This document shows, in pieces, positions 1 to 12,095 of a DNA stretch of 64,000 nucleotides; the first letter of the stretch is position 1, and each line of letters starts with the position of its first letter. Made by a program: the position numbers and the translations under genes. Under the pieces are notes generated by a model. The model ran no database searches, was not told the DNA's origin, and was given only the letters and a program-made list of their open reading frames with translations. The stretch lies in assembly GCA_000004985.1 (NCBI GenBank), contig GG738869.1. One strand, 5' to 3'. The stretch is from Naegleria gruberi (Eukaryota).

Positions 1-1
1 T

Positions 2-367
2 TTCTGGACTCATGAATTTGTCAAGCATGGTACTTGTTCTAATTCTACTTTGGATAATTTGGAATATATCTACTTCTCCAATACTCTCAAGATTTTCAAT
101 AAGATGCATCTTCTTGATGCCTTGAAGGGATCTAATATTGTTCCATCTCATGGAGGTTATCAAAGAGAAAGAATGGAAAGTGCTTTGGCTGCTGCTGGTT
201 ATCCAGGAGTTGTTGCTTGTTTACGTGATCGTACCAACATTGGTGAAATTAGATTCTGTGTTGATAAGAATACTTTGCAATTGAAGAAATGTGACCAAGC
301 TCTTATTGATAATATTCATCAACATAATGGATGTAAGGCAACTGTCAATTTCCCTCCAATTCATTAA
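2..367 (+). CDS. Ribonuclease T2 family protein, C-terminal part (5' end lies upstream of the window)
   Basis: The frame is open from nt 2 and translates FWTHEFVKHGTCS, the RNase T2 CAS-II active-site motif F/WxHEWxKHGTC. It ends with TAA at 365-367. The ORF-track start at 50 is a TTG artefact. Confidence 0.7.
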   Translation, partial: FWTHEFVKHGTCSNSTLDNLEYIYFSNTLKIFNKMHLLDALKGSNIVPSHGGYQRERMESALAAAGYPGVVACLRDRTNIGEIRFCVDKNTLQLKKCDQALIDNIHQHNGCKATVNFPPIH

Positions 368-560
368 ATTCCTTTCTATTTAAAGTACTTTAATTGGATT
401 GTAAAATTGTGTTCACTTGGAAATGATTGGTCAATTGGACCCTGTTCTACTACTACTGGTGTGGTTCTACTTGGTCTAACTATTCCTTTGCATTTCAAAT
501 AGAACATGCACATTTGAACGTCTCAGGCGCATAATTTTTGAAATACCAACATCAAAAAGA

Positions 561-2804
561 ATGCCAAACATCATCTTTCTTCTTTTGAGTATCTTTGCGT
601 GCATAAACATCTTTTCATTAAGTCTCATACTTGCACAATCAACCCCACAACAATTAAAACAACACACTCTCATAAACATTAAACAGTCAATCATCAAGCA
701 GCAACTTCAACAACTCTCAAGTATCACCATAATTTCAGCATTAAATCATTTAACAGTCGTTTCCTTCTCACCCAAGCTCAAACTTTCATCTCCGAAGGAT
801 TTACATGACAAACGAATAGTTATCATTAATCCAATCTCTTCCACAACAGATATCTATGATGAGGAATCTGATTTGTTAGTGAGAGGATTGTCGCTCACTG
901 AAACAATTTTTAAAAGTCAATTGGAAATGTTTAACAAACAATTGACAAATGAATCACAGATAATTATACCTCGTAGTATTAAATCTTATGATTTGGTGTT
1001 TTATGATTGTGTATTTGGGAATCCACTCGAATTATTTGATGTTTTTGTAATGAGTTCTGAAGATTTTCTTGGAAGTTTTGTGTTAGGAGTTCCAAAGATG
1101 ATAGAAACTAATGGTCTATATGAATGGAATGATTTTTCCTTCCTCAAAGAGTTTCAAGTGCCTATTTCAGTTTCGGTTTATTATAATGAAACTGTATTGG
1201 ATGAAACTAGTGTGAAAAATCAATTAGATACTGTTTATTTGGGACTAAATCAGTTATATTTCAATAGAACAAGTAATTATGAATTGTACAGAAATTTAGG
1301 ATACATGTTATATGAAACTGGTTATGGAAATGTTTCGAATTATGAAAGAGAATTTATAACATATTATCTTACTCAATATAATGATGTACCATTGAAGAAA
1401 AAGAAGCCCACTTTACAATTTTATCCCTTCTCAAGCAGAAAGTACACTCAAGAATACGAAACTCTATCTCAACAATATTACAATCAGTCAACTTCAAAAA
1501 TGACAATCAATTCAATGTATTGTTATGAAAAGTATAATGACGCATACACAGTTTGCTCGAGTAACAATAGAACAGCTAATATTGTATACGATACCATTAA
1601 TTTAGTAACCATTGTCATTGGAATTCTATTCTATGTTGCTCTATTAAGTGTTTGTAACACTAAATCAATCAAAAGAAGATTGACGGCTCCATATATTCTT
1701 CCATTATTGACAATTGCTTGTAATATTGCCTTTTCTTCATATTCTAATACATGCAGATCAGTTAAGAGTGCTTTTATTGTTTGCTTAATTGCAGCAATTA
1801 TTGGAGTTTACGGATTTTCCTTATTGAGATTCACCTATCTAAGATATTTATATCTGTTCCTTTCCAAAGCTAAGGGTGAAGTCTCAATTAAAATTCACAA
1901 AATTCTAGTTTCTTCCACTTTCGGCATTGTCGGATCATTACTCTTTGGAATGGCCTATGCCATTGTTTGGATGATTGTTTGTGTCCCGTTCATTAATAGC
2001 AGAATTTACTACTCAGATACTCAATACGTATTCAATATCATGTACGTGGTTGTAGTATTGTCAGGCACATTAATTGGAACAATTATCATTCTATTGGATG
2101 CTGCACTCAATTGGAAGAAAATTAAGGATAAGGGTATTTATACATTCTTAACCTTTGAAGATCCATTTGGGTTGAGAATGGATTTGCTCTATTTTTTGGT
2201 GATTATTATTGCAACTGTTTCCATTACAATAATTTCACCATTTCCATTCGAATATCAGGATATAGTGGTTGGACTATTGAAAGCAGTGGCATTTGTGTTT
2301 ACGTACATGTTGGCTGGAGGAACAGCAATTATTATTGAGTGGAAAAGATATATTTCTAAAAAGAGGAATATAGATTCGGATGAAAATAATGAAAGTGTTA
2401 GATTTGAGGCATTGATGAAAGATGAATTGTTCAAGGAACTATTCGAAATGTATTGTTCTAAAGAGTTTTCCTTGGAGAATGCCTTACTGTATGAAGAATT
2501 ACAAAACCTGAAAGAGGCGCATCAACAAGATGATTTAATGCCATTCGATTCGTACAAACGCTTATACGAAACCTATTTTCAATCACTTTCAAAATATGAA
2601 GTCAATCTTCCATCACCAGTTAAGAAACAACTAATATCTCTTTATGAAGCAAAAGAATCCATCAAATTCTCAAAGGTTTATGATCTTGTTAGAACTGAGC
2701 TCTTGTTCAATCTGAATGATACTTTTGAAAGATTGAAAGAAACATCAGAATTTAAAAGATACTCATTCTCCAGAGACGTCCAATTAAAGAATAGTATTGT
2801 TTAG
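561..2804 (+). CDS. Seven-transmembrane receptor-like protein with a C-terminal RGS domain (7TM-RGS)
   Basis: Single 747-aa ORF from ATG 561. It has an N-terminal signal peptide and a large N-glycosylation-rich ectodomain. About 7 hydrophobic helices span aa 340-600. The C-terminal RGS box reads ELFKELFEMYCSKEFSLENALLYEELQNL...YEVNLPSPVKK. Confidence 0.7.
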   Translation: MPNIIFLLLSIFACINIFSLSLILAQSTPQQLKQHTLINIKQSIIKQQLQQLSSITIISALNHLTVVSFSPKLKLSSPKDLHDKRIVIINPISSTTDIYDEESDLLVRGLSLTETIFKSQLEMFNKQLTNESQIIIPRSIKSYDLVFYDCVFGNPLELFDVFVMSSEDFLGSFVLGVPKMIETNGLYEWNDFSFLKEFQVPISVSVYYNETVLDETSVKNQLDTVYLGLNQLYFNRTSNYELYRNLGYMLYETGYGNVSNYEREFITYYLTQYNDVPLKKKKPTLQFYPFSSRKYTQEYETLSQQYYNQSTSKMTINSMYCYEKYNDAYTVCSSNNRTANIVYDTINLVTIVIGILFYVALLSVCNTKSIKRRLTAPYILPLLTIACNIAFSSYSNTCRSVKSAFIVCLIAAIIGVYGFSLLRFTYLRYLYLFLSKAKGEVSIKIHKILVSSTFGIVGSLLFGMAYAIVWMIVCVPFINSRIYYSDTQYVFNIMYVVVVLSGTLIGTIIILLDAALNWKKIKDKGIYTFLTFEDPFGLRMDLLYFLVIIIATVSITIISPFPFEYQDIVVGLLKAVAFVFTYMLAGGTAIIIEWKRYISKKRNIDSDENNESVRFEALMKDELFKELFEMYCSKEFSLENALLYEELQNLKEAHQQDDLMPFDSYKRLYETYFQSLSKYEVNLPSPVKKQLISLYEAKESIKFSKVYDLVRTELLFNLNDTFERLKETSEFKRYSFSRDVQLKNSIV

Positions 2805-4780
2805 ATTCAGTTTTTGGATAATTCTCCTCTTCAACAGCAATACTTTGATGGTATAACTTTCCAATAATTGAAGTTGATCTTATTTTACCTCCCATATAGT
2901 CAGGTCTCTCATTATATTCATGTATCCAATCTGGAAGCGCTACTAGTTGACCATTCTTACTTGATTCCATAACAACATCTGACAAGGCAGCCAATTCTTT
3001 TGCTCGAGGACTGTCTGCACCTTCCTGTTCACATACAACAACCCATGTATTGCAAATTATTCCAATCTTTCCGTGTAAATATTAAGGAATTATACTAAAC
3101 ACATTCACAACTTACATTACTACTCATTCTAAACTCAAAAACATTAGCACTAGTCCACCAATAGTTTTTCAAGAGATGATGGGAAAAGTTGGAAAGTGCA
3201 GTGTTGACACATTTCTTAAGATCAAATTGTTTAAGTGTATGGCCAAACTCATTAGCTTTACTCCACCAACTTTGAATATATTGTGCTTGTGGAATAATTT
3301 CAGTATTCCAAGAGGTAAAAAACCTATCACCATCTTTGAATTGCAAGTTAGAAATTGAAAATAAATGAAAGTTACCTAACTCACCTGGAATGTTGTGTTG
3401 CTGACAATCGGCAGCGAAAATAATAACACTTCCTTTTAAATCAACTTCATGTCCAAACCATTTCTGATAGTAATCTGGGATGGATACGGTTTCGAATATT
3501 CTTACATCTCGTGGATGAAGTCCAGGATTTCTGAAAACAATAACTTTTTTCCCACCTGGAACCATACGCCCATTCTTTGTAATGACAATAACTTGGTTAT
3601 CTTTCAATTGTTTAGTTTCGTCCAAAATTCCTTTAGCAATAACTGAATCTTTCATAAAAAACTTTGTTTTTTCCTTAGCATTCTTGATTCTTGCCCTAAA
3701 TTCTTCATCATTTCGACACTTATTTCTAGCAAGGGCTTTTTTTTGTGCATTAAGAAACACTTCATCCTTAACTTGCAATGAACTTAACAAAATAATTATT
3801 TGTCTATTAATATTTGCCGTGTCTGATTCATTCAATCCTTCAACAATTTCCAATTTGTTGAAAAGAGGATTCCCCTCAAATTTCTTCATGCTCTCTCTCA
3901 GAATGATTTGATTGCCATTCATGATCTTGTCTGGACATACTGTCAACATTCCCTTAAATCCAAGAAATCTAATCTGGAAAGCACGAGGAATGTGAACATA
4001 TTTTCCATCAATGCTTTGATCTCTCAAACTACAGCAAACTGCCTTGGCAAATGAGTAACTAATCATACCAATACCATCTGACACAATTCCTTTTCCATCT
4101 CTTGAATTAATGTCATCAATTACTATATATTTGTGAACACGAATTGTTTCTTTGGTGGAAGTGAAATTAAGACACTGTCTTGCAATTTTGGTTTCAATTT
4201 CAGAGGCATAGATCCCAAAGATGTCCATCATTTTCATTGGATCCTCTTCACATGTAAAGTAAACTCCCCTCTCTGAAAGTAAACTTGAAGAAGCACCAAT
4301 TGGCTTGAACATTTGTCCATATAAACAAAAGCCTTTCAGTGTTGTTTGCATTACTGTGGAATCTCTTTCATCTTCAAAGTCAACTCGGATGAATTTATCA
4401 ATTCCATAATATCTAAATACCTTGTTATAATCAATCTCGGCAAATTCAAATGATTTTAAATTGGTTGATTTCACTCTTCTTATCAATTCGGTTTGTTTTA
4501 CAGCGCTTTCATCAAATTTAAATAAAGTATGACACTTCTTCTCTGTAACCACATGTCTATAAAGTTGCTGTGAGAAGTGATACAAACATTGAGTCAGTTC
4601 TTCCTTTGCATTAACAAATTGTTCTGTCTGTTCCTTGAACCATTTACAAAATGGTGCATCTCTATGTTTTTGCAAGTAATGTAACAATAAGCTCCTTTGA
4701 TTATCGATTGTAATGCAACAATGATCGTTTAACCAACCCCATGCCTGTGACCACATTTTTTTGATATTCATTTGTTGCAT
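2752..4780 (-). CDS. RNA-dependent RNA polymerase (cellular RdRP/RDR family) paralog, truncated and with an altered catalytic motif
   Basis: Two exons (4780..3116, 3066..2752) with a GTAAGT donor and a 49-nt intron. Motifs present are SDGIGMIS, RNPGLHPRDVRIFE and FKDGDRFFTSWNTEIIP (canonical DLDGDxYFvxWD), then the AKELAALSD...KNG..LP..YPDYM..K..S.IIGKLY region. Only about 230 aa precede the SDG motif. The 3' end overlaps the convergent 7TM-RGS gene. Confidence 0.65.
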
Positions 4781-5132
4781 TTTGAAAATGAAAGAAGAAG
4801 AAACAGATCATAAACGCGAGTAAAAAACACGTGTTTTCAAGACTTCCTTAGTTCCAAATTTGGAAATCCTATGCAACATATCATTATGAGAGGAAAGTTT
4901 CTACAACATTTATCATGCAAATGATTCTTGCCAATCAAATTAATAGACTTGATTTTAAGAATGTCTCTATTCATTGAATTTAAAGATCTATTTCCTGACC
5001 TGCATGTTCACAGGCGTTCATTCACTTTCATAATCTATTTCAGTTGTAATCTGGTCAGTATAAAAAACACCAATAACACTTAATACTAATGTAATAATTA
5101 ATATATTTTATTAATTTTACAAATTAAAAAAA

Positions 5133-5867
5133 ATGAGTTTTCACTTTCTTGATTGGTCGCAATGGGATCAAACAGCAACCGTTGAAATGATCAAAACAGC
5201 AGCTAGTCAAGCTTTGAATATGGGTCCTCCGAATCCAATGTTATGTGCACCATTGTCTGTGAGTGATTTTTCATTCGGAAGTGTAACTCCAAAATTTTCC
5301 ATAGAAAAGTTACCCAAACTATCACTCACTCAACAAGAAATACATTTACGATTTTTCTATCAAGGAGATGGTTATATTAAATTAAAAACCAGAGCACAAA
5401 TTAACAAATTAGTTCCGAATAATCAAAGTTATTATGGATACAGTCTAGGAATTGGTAATCAAATGGTTGGACAATATCCAGTTGAAATGCCTTTGGAAAT
5501 TACAATTAAAGATTTAAAATTGGACGGTTTATTAATTATTAAAACAGATACATCAGCAATTGAACATACAAATATAAAGGATTTAATTAATTTATCTAAA
5601 CATAAAGAGGACTCGGATCAAGTTAAAGATAATTTATTGAGCAAGGAACCATCAAGGGAATGCGCAGTTTTTGTTCAATTAATGAATAATCCTCTTGAAT
5701 GTATTGATGTTTATAGTACTTTTGAAGAGGCCATTCCACAATCAAAATCAATATTTGTTAATATGATTAGAGGAGAGGCAGAACAAGGTATTTCAGAACT
5801 CATGAAAGAGCCTAAAAGAATACCACTCAATCTCAATGAGCTAGCCATTGGTAAATCAAAAAAGTAA
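5133..5867 (+). CDS. mdm12: Mdm12-like SMP-domain protein (ERMES complex subunit)
   Basis: N-terminus MSFHFLDWSQW...VSDFSFGSVTPKFSIEKL matches the Mdm12 signature MSFxINW...LDFDLG..PP.I.I. The 244-aa size fits, and it sits in an AAAATG start context. Confidence 0.55.
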   Translation: MSFHFLDWSQWDQTATVEMIKTAASQALNMGPPNPMLCAPLSVSDFSFGSVTPKFSIEKLPKLSLTQQEIHLRFFYQGDGYIKLKTRAQINKLVPNNQSYYGYSLGIGNQMVGQYPVEMPLEITIKDLKLDGLLIIKTDTSAIEHTNIKDLINLSKHKEDSDQVKDNLLSKEPSRECAVFVQLMNNPLECIDVYSTFEEAIPQSKSIFVNMIRGEAEQGISELMKEPKRIPLNLNELAIGKSKK

Positions 5868-6078
5868 ATCAATAATTTGTATATTATCTCATATTATTCT
5901 ATTCTAATTGAACATTTCTAATGAAATAACAAGCCATCCTACCCAAAAGCGAGATGGAGTTTGTTATTTTGCCTTGCAAATCTTCTAACAATTTTCCAAT
6001 ACAAAAAAAATTGATAAAAATAGATTGGAAGAGTTTTCTCAAAGACTTGAAAAAATATTTTCTCTTCCGATCATCATC

Positions 6079-7610
6079 ATGAAACCATCATCATTTCCTC
6101 TTCTAATTAAATTATTTTCAAAACACAATCATCATCGTCATGGTGTGAATGTTCTAGGTGTTTTATTAATAGCTATTTTATTATTTAGTGTAGATAATGT
6201 ATTTGGAATTTATTCAAGTAAGATTTTTACGATACAACCAGGTGCTGAATATAATGTTGTGGATTTAGAAGGATCAGGTTTTGGATTTTCAACAGGAGGA
6301 TTGGCCAAGTTTAATTTTACAACTAAACAAGTATGTTTTGATAGGATTTCGATTTTTAATTTGTAATAGTCGGCCGATTCTGCAAATCTTGTTTTTGTAA
6401 TGCTTCCCTATAAATTCTGGGCAGTATTACACTCGGCAAAGTGGGATAGTGATCCTTCATATGCTCAATATATGTGTGATATTCCTTCTAAATTGGTAAG
6501 TTTCAGTTGACTGAAATATTATTCTAATCAGAGTAGAGAATTCCAATCACATCTTCAAGTATTGATGCTGTAGTTTCTTATTCTGATAATGAATTGGTTG
6601 CATTGGATGATTACTCTTATTCAATTTCAAAATCCATTACTATTGATACATCTTCCCACTACTCTCTTCTCTTGTTGAAATGTGAACCTTCTGCACCAAG
6701 TGCAGCATTATCTATAAGAGTAGATATGGAACTTATTAATCCTAATGGACAACATTTGAGTACTCAAAAGCACCCTTACATTTTGATCTATTTCACTTTG
6801 ATGATTGCTAATGGAGCATTGTTGACCTATTTATTATTCTTCTTCTTGAAAAACAAAAGACATATTTTCCGTCTTCAAATTGTAATTGGAGTAGCAATCA
6901 TTTTGCAAATTATCAGTCATGCCTCTGTATTTACCTATTTCGAATATATTAATATTGAAGGAAAAATGTCTGATGCTCTGGATATTACATTATCTGTAAT
7001 AAGTGTGTTTGGAGATACAGGATTTTTACTCATGTTATTAGCTATTTCAATTGGATATTCTATTATGGAAGATTCCCTCAATCCAAAGGCAAAATTTTTG
7101 TTCATTTCCTGCTTTGTTGTTTATTTAGGTACAAGAATTATGTATGCATTTTGTAAGGACTCCTCTATTTGCTCTATTTTCCTTTTGGTATTCAGAGTGG
7201 TTAAATTTGTAATCACTTTTGCAATTATCATAGCTATGGTAAGTTGAATGAAACCAAAATTACTAAAACATTTCAGAATCAAACAATAGATAGACTTAGA
7301 ATACAAGCTGCAGAACAACAGTTCAGTAACGATAACCAAAGTGAAGTGTTCATCAAGATGAAGAAGTACAAGTAAGTTATTTTGTATCTTTCAACAAAAT
7401 TAACATTGTTAAAGAGCATTCAGATTGGCATTCCTTCTTTACTTGATGGCTCCTGTAATTTCCCTCTTTGTACAATATACTATTTTAACATGGGTTAATT
7501 TTTGGGTGTTGTCCATGATTGAAGAGCTATTGGTATTTTACATGAACTATTTTGTAGTTACCAACTTTTATCCACAAGCTTTCGATGTATCAAGACCACA
7601 TCAAGATTAA
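6079..7610 (+). CDS. GPR107/GPR108/TMEM87-like (Lung_7-TM_R family) membrane protein
   Basis: Five exons (6079..6330, 6370..6495, 6537..7238, 7277..7371, 7415..7610). Donors are GTATGT/GTAAGT and introns are 38-43 nt. It has a signal peptide, a luminal domain and a 7-TM block (LLTYLLFFFL...FVITFAIIIAMV). Confidence 0.55.
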
Positions 7611-8764
7611 TTTTTACTACCATTATTAAATTTGTTAATAAAGCTCTTCATTGTTGCCATTGATGTTGAAATAAAGTCAAGATCATCACAGTCGCGCATG
7701 AATTGTTCTGCTACCTCTCTAAACTCTTCCTTAATACTTTTAAGATGAACGTGATATGTTTCGTATGATTTTTCACACTGGTCATAAATTAAAAGTAGCT
7801 CAGGAACACCAAGCCTAGATTCCTGTACGAAACTAAACTGATCTCCAGAAGAAAACATGGTTGCTGTAATTCTATAAGTATCCATAAGCCCTCTAAATTG
7901 TATATTTTTGAACTCATGAGAGAATGTTCCATTAATATAGAATGAAACGCTCCTTCCTAACATATCTACAACTATTGAAATTATATCCCCCTCAAAGAAA
8001 AAACCGCATGTAGCTTCTGAATACCTTTCTTGAACATTGGGGAAATAATGTCTTGCCCTTCCATTGCTCGAACATCCGGCATTGTAAGGGTTAAATCCAA
8101 CAAACTTTCGTTCCAACAGTAAGAAACTTTTTTCGGCTATTCCTAGTCCTACATTAGTTTTGGAAGGTTTACAATCCAATCTGATATGAAAGCACTTTAC
8201 AGTCTGAGAGTTAATTTCATATGTGGATGAGCAACTTGTATTTTTTGTAATTCCCAAATACTTAACAGTTTGGCAAGCATTGCTGCTCCCCTCGATCTGT
8301 TGTGAGTTTGTTTCCTGAGCATCAGTACTATTATTATATAATCTAAAATCTACATCTATGGTTGGTGAATAGTTTGGAGTGTTATCCCATTGATTATAAT
8401 TATTTGTAAATATTGACATAAATCTCATCCATTTGTGTTTTCTCGTTTGTAATGATTTTTTAAGATCATTGAAAAGTGGCTTTAGCCATGCAGCCTGTTT
8501 GACACAAAAAGTTTCCCACAGAACTCCTTCACAATCATCACATATCACTCTATAAAATTTCTTATTAATTAATAATCCTTTTTCAACTAGACTTTTCAAA
8601 TCCAAAAATTGTAAAATACTAGTAATCATATGTTTAGGAATGTACCACGTTTCAAAGAAATAAATATCATCCTCCTCCTCTAAATCATCCTTCTTTGATT
8701 TCCGATTGTCTGAATAGGGATGATATCTATTCTGTGGCTCCTTGTTCAATTGTTCTTTTCCCAT
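7607..8764 (-). CDS. F-box / SPRY (B30.2) domain protein
   Basis: ATG at 8764. F-box-like ITSILQFLDLKSLVEKGLL near the N-terminus. SPRY-like GFFFEGDIISIVVDMLGRSVSFYINGTF near the C-terminus. Confidence 0.55.
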   Translation of the reverse strand: MGKEQLNKEPQNRYHPYSDNRKSKKDDLEEEDDIYFFETWYIPKHMITSILQFLDLKSLVEKGLLINKKFYRVICDDCEGVLWETFCVKQAAWLKPLFNDLKKSLQTRKHKWMRFMSIFTNNYNQWDNTPNYSPTIDVDFRLYNNSTDAQETNSQQIEGSSNACQTVKYLGITKNTSCSSTYEINSQTVKCFHIRLDCKPSKTNVGLGIAEKSFLLLERKFVGFNPYNAGCSSNGRARHYFPNVQERYSEATCGFFFEGDIISIVVDMLGRSVSFYINGTFSHEFKNIQFRGLMDTYRITATMFSSGDQFSFVQESRLGVPELLLIYDQCEKSYETYHVHLKSIKEEFREVAEQFMRDCDDLDFISTSMATMKSFINKFNNGSKN

Positions 8765-9067
8765 TTTTTTTAAATTAACATTTATTTAAAAAACATATTA
8801 AAGAAAATTTAAAAGGTGCAATTTCAATACACTATTTATTGCCATCACATCCAAGTTTTTAATCACATCATTCGAAAACTAAATATTTTTCACTGTTACC
8901 GTTTTAAATAAATTAAAATTTTACAATTTTAACTCATGACTTCTTTTCACTTCCAGAAGGAACACGTGTTAATTATCTTGACGAGGATCGTTTGGGTGTT
9001 GTTGTGTTGAGTTGATGATAAGAAAACTCAGAGAGATTGTATTACGCAAAAATTCAATTCCGAAAAA

Positions 9068-11900
9068 ATGAATACAAACAAGCAAACAGCTGGCTTAAGG
9101 CTTGTTGTTGTTGGTGTTGTATTGGCTGTGGTGTTGATGACAACACTCTTCCATTCAACATTTGCTATGGATAAATCTAAATTTGAAAATTGTGATCAAA
9201 AAGGATTCTGTAAACGTTTGAGAGGATCAAAGAAGTCTAGTTACATTATTTCATCACAAAAAGTTGAAAATGGAGTATTTACTGCTACTTTGGAAAATAA
9301 GGAAGAAGGTTCAACATTCGATCCACTCACACTCGTTATTGAATCATACGAAAATGGTATCTTTAGAATGAAAATTCAAGAAAAGGTTGATGCCGGAGTC
9401 ACTCTCAAGAATAGATACAATGTTAAAGATGTAATTGTTGACAGTGTTGCAAAGGTCCCAATCTCGGAAAGCAAGCAAAATGTGTTGACAAATGGTAGGT
9501 TTGATAATGATGATTATGTTTAATTTAATTATTTTAATTAGGAAATTCTGACTTGGTTCTCGAAAATAGAGATGATGGATTCAAGATTACCTTCAAAGTC
9601 AATGGAGAAGATGTAATTGTTTTCAATGAAAAGAATTTATTAGTTGTTGAAAATGTTTTAAGAGAAAAGAATGAAAATTATGGTAAGTAATCAACAATAC
9701 TTGCATGGATTATTAAATGGAAATAGATGGTGAAAGTGCTCTTGGAATGGACTTTACTTATGTTGGTTCAACTAATTTGTATGGTTTACCAGAAAGAGCT
9801 ATGAGACTCTCACTCCCACCAACCAAGGATGCTGATAATAATATTCTTACAGAACCATACAGATTGTATAATTTGGATATTTTTGAATATGAATTGAATA
9901 ATCCTATTGGTCTCTATGGTGTTATTCCATTATTATATGGTATTACTTCAAAGAGTGCTGCTGGTGTTTTCGTTTTGAATCCATCAGAAACCTTTGTGGA
10001 TATTATTGGCGGATCTCAATATTCTTCTCATTGGATTTCTGAAACTGGTGTTTTGGATGTATTCTTCCTTCCTGGACCATCTCCAAAGTCTATTGCTAAG
10101 CAAATGGCTTATTTGACTGGTACTGCTCCACTTCCTCAAAGATTTTCACTTGGACACCACCAATGTAGATGGAATTACAAGGATGAAGAAGATGTAAGAA
10201 ATGTCAACCAAAAATTCGATGAATATGACATTCCTTATGATGTTTTGTGGTTGGATATTGAACACACTGACGGTAAGAAATATTTCACATGGGACAGCCA
10301 TACTTTCCCAACTCCAAAGAGAATGCAAGAAGATTTGGCAAGTAAGGGAAGAAAGATGGTCACCATTTCTGATCCTCACATTAAGCGTGAAAATGGATAC
10401 TTTGTCCACGATGAAGCAACTAGAAATGGATACTATGTTAAGAATTCTGATGGCACTGCCGATTATGAAGGTCATTGTTGGCCTGGATCCTCTTCATGGC
10501 TTGATTATATCAACCCAGTTGTTAGAGAATACTATGCTGATCTTTACAGCTTCTCCAAGTATGAAGGATCAACTGAAAATCTTTACACATGGATCGATAT
10601 GTAAGTATTTTATTTTGCCTTATATTCTAATTATTTTCAATATAGGAATGAACCTAGCGTATTCTCTGGACCTGAAATTACTATGGATAAGAACGCCTTG
10701 CATCATGGAGATCTTAGACATCGTGAAGTTCACAACATGTATGGTTTCTATCAATCAGTTGCCACTAATTTAGGTCATATTAAGAGAAGAAATGGAGAAG
10801 ATCGTCCATTCATTTTGACAAGATCCTTGTTTGCTGGAAGTCAAAGATATGTTGCTAAGTGGACTGGTGATAATATGGCTGAATGGAGCCATTTGGATAT
10901 TGCTCAACCAATGATTCTTGCACTCAGTATCAGTGGTATGCCTTTTGTTGGTGCTGATGTTGGTGGTTTCTTTGGAAATCCAGAAGAAGAATTATTGGTT
11001 CGTTGGTATCAAGTTGGTGCTTTCTATCCTTTCTTTAGAGCTCATGCCCACATTGAAACTAAGAGAAGAGAACCATGGTTGTTCGGTGATCATAATACTC
11101 AATTGATCAGAAAGGCTATTGCAAGAAGATATACTCTCTTACCACTGTATTATACTATTGCTTTCGAATCTATGCTTACTGGTGAACCTTATGTTCGTCC
11201 TTTGTTCATGGAATATCCAAATGATGCTACTACCTTTAATGTTGATGATTCCTTCCTCGTTGGTACTGATTTGTTGGTTAAGCCTGTTGTTCAAAAGGGT
11301 GCTAGCGATATTCTCGTCTATCTCCCAAGAGGTGTCTGGTACGATTACGAAACTGGTCAAAAATTCGATGCTGGTAGAGGAAAGAATGTTTCAATTGCTA
11401 CATCATTGGATTTGAGTATTCCAGTTTTCCAACGTGGTGGTAGTATTCTTCCTACTCAACAAAGATTGAGAAGATCCTCACAACAAATGGTTAAGGATCC
11501 ATTCACACTTACTGTTGCTCTTAACAGAAAGGGAGAAGCTTTAGGAACATTGTACTTGGATGATGGTAGTACATTCAATTATAGAAATGGTGATTACGTT
11601 TATCGTCAATTCAGTTTCTCAAATAATGAATTGAAGGCTGTTAAGGGAGATATTTCACCTCTCATTTTGAATACCAGATCCAATACTGTTGATTCCAATC
11701 AAAACAGAAAGGTTGATAATATTATTGAAAGAATTGTAATTTATGGAGCTTCCAAGCCAAGTAGTATCAGTCTTCAATATGCCTCTCATGATGGTGTTGA
11801 TTTGTTGATGTCACCAGAATTTACCTTTGAAAATAATGTTTTGACAATCAGAAAACCTCAAATTCCAATCACTGCTGATTTTGTATTGAAACTCAACTAG
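9068..11900 (+). CDS. modA: Glucosidase II alpha subunit (GH31 neutral alpha-glucosidase)
   Basis: Four exons (9068..9494, 9542..9682, 9727..10600, 10646..11900) with introns of 44-47 nt. It has a signal peptide followed by FENCDQKGFCKRLR. GH31 motifs are HQCRWNY, the catalytic WIDMNEPS (split across intron 3) and GADVGGFFGNPE...RWYQ.GAFYPFFRAHAH. Confidence 0.85.
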
Positions 11901-12095
11901 ATGATAAATAAATCCTAACATAAAAGTTTAAAATTATTCCTAGAATTGATTTGAACCCCTCACATATTTTGTATTAAGGAAACACAGTTAGCTATTAAGC
12001 AGCGAGAACAACCGAATCCGCCCAAATTTATCTCGAAAGAATATGTGGTGAATTTCGCCCAACATCTACAACGGTTGTTTTATTTAAATTAAAAA

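Noticed and set aside
50-367. Track ORF starting with M at 50
   Set aside because: The start codon is TTG, because the track translates alternative starts as M. The frame is open back to the window edge and encodes the RNase T2 active-site motif, so it is a partial gene rather than a 105-aa protein.
476-697. 73-aa minus-strand ORF overlapping the 7TM-RGS start
   Set aside because: It overlaps a well-supported plus-strand gene, is Cys/Met-rich nonsense and has no domain. It is an antisense artefact.
10146-10773. ORFs 10146..10475(-) and 10201..10773(+) inside modA
   Set aside because: These are alternative-frame or antisense ORFs within a GH31 gene whose correct frame is confirmed by the catalytic motifs.
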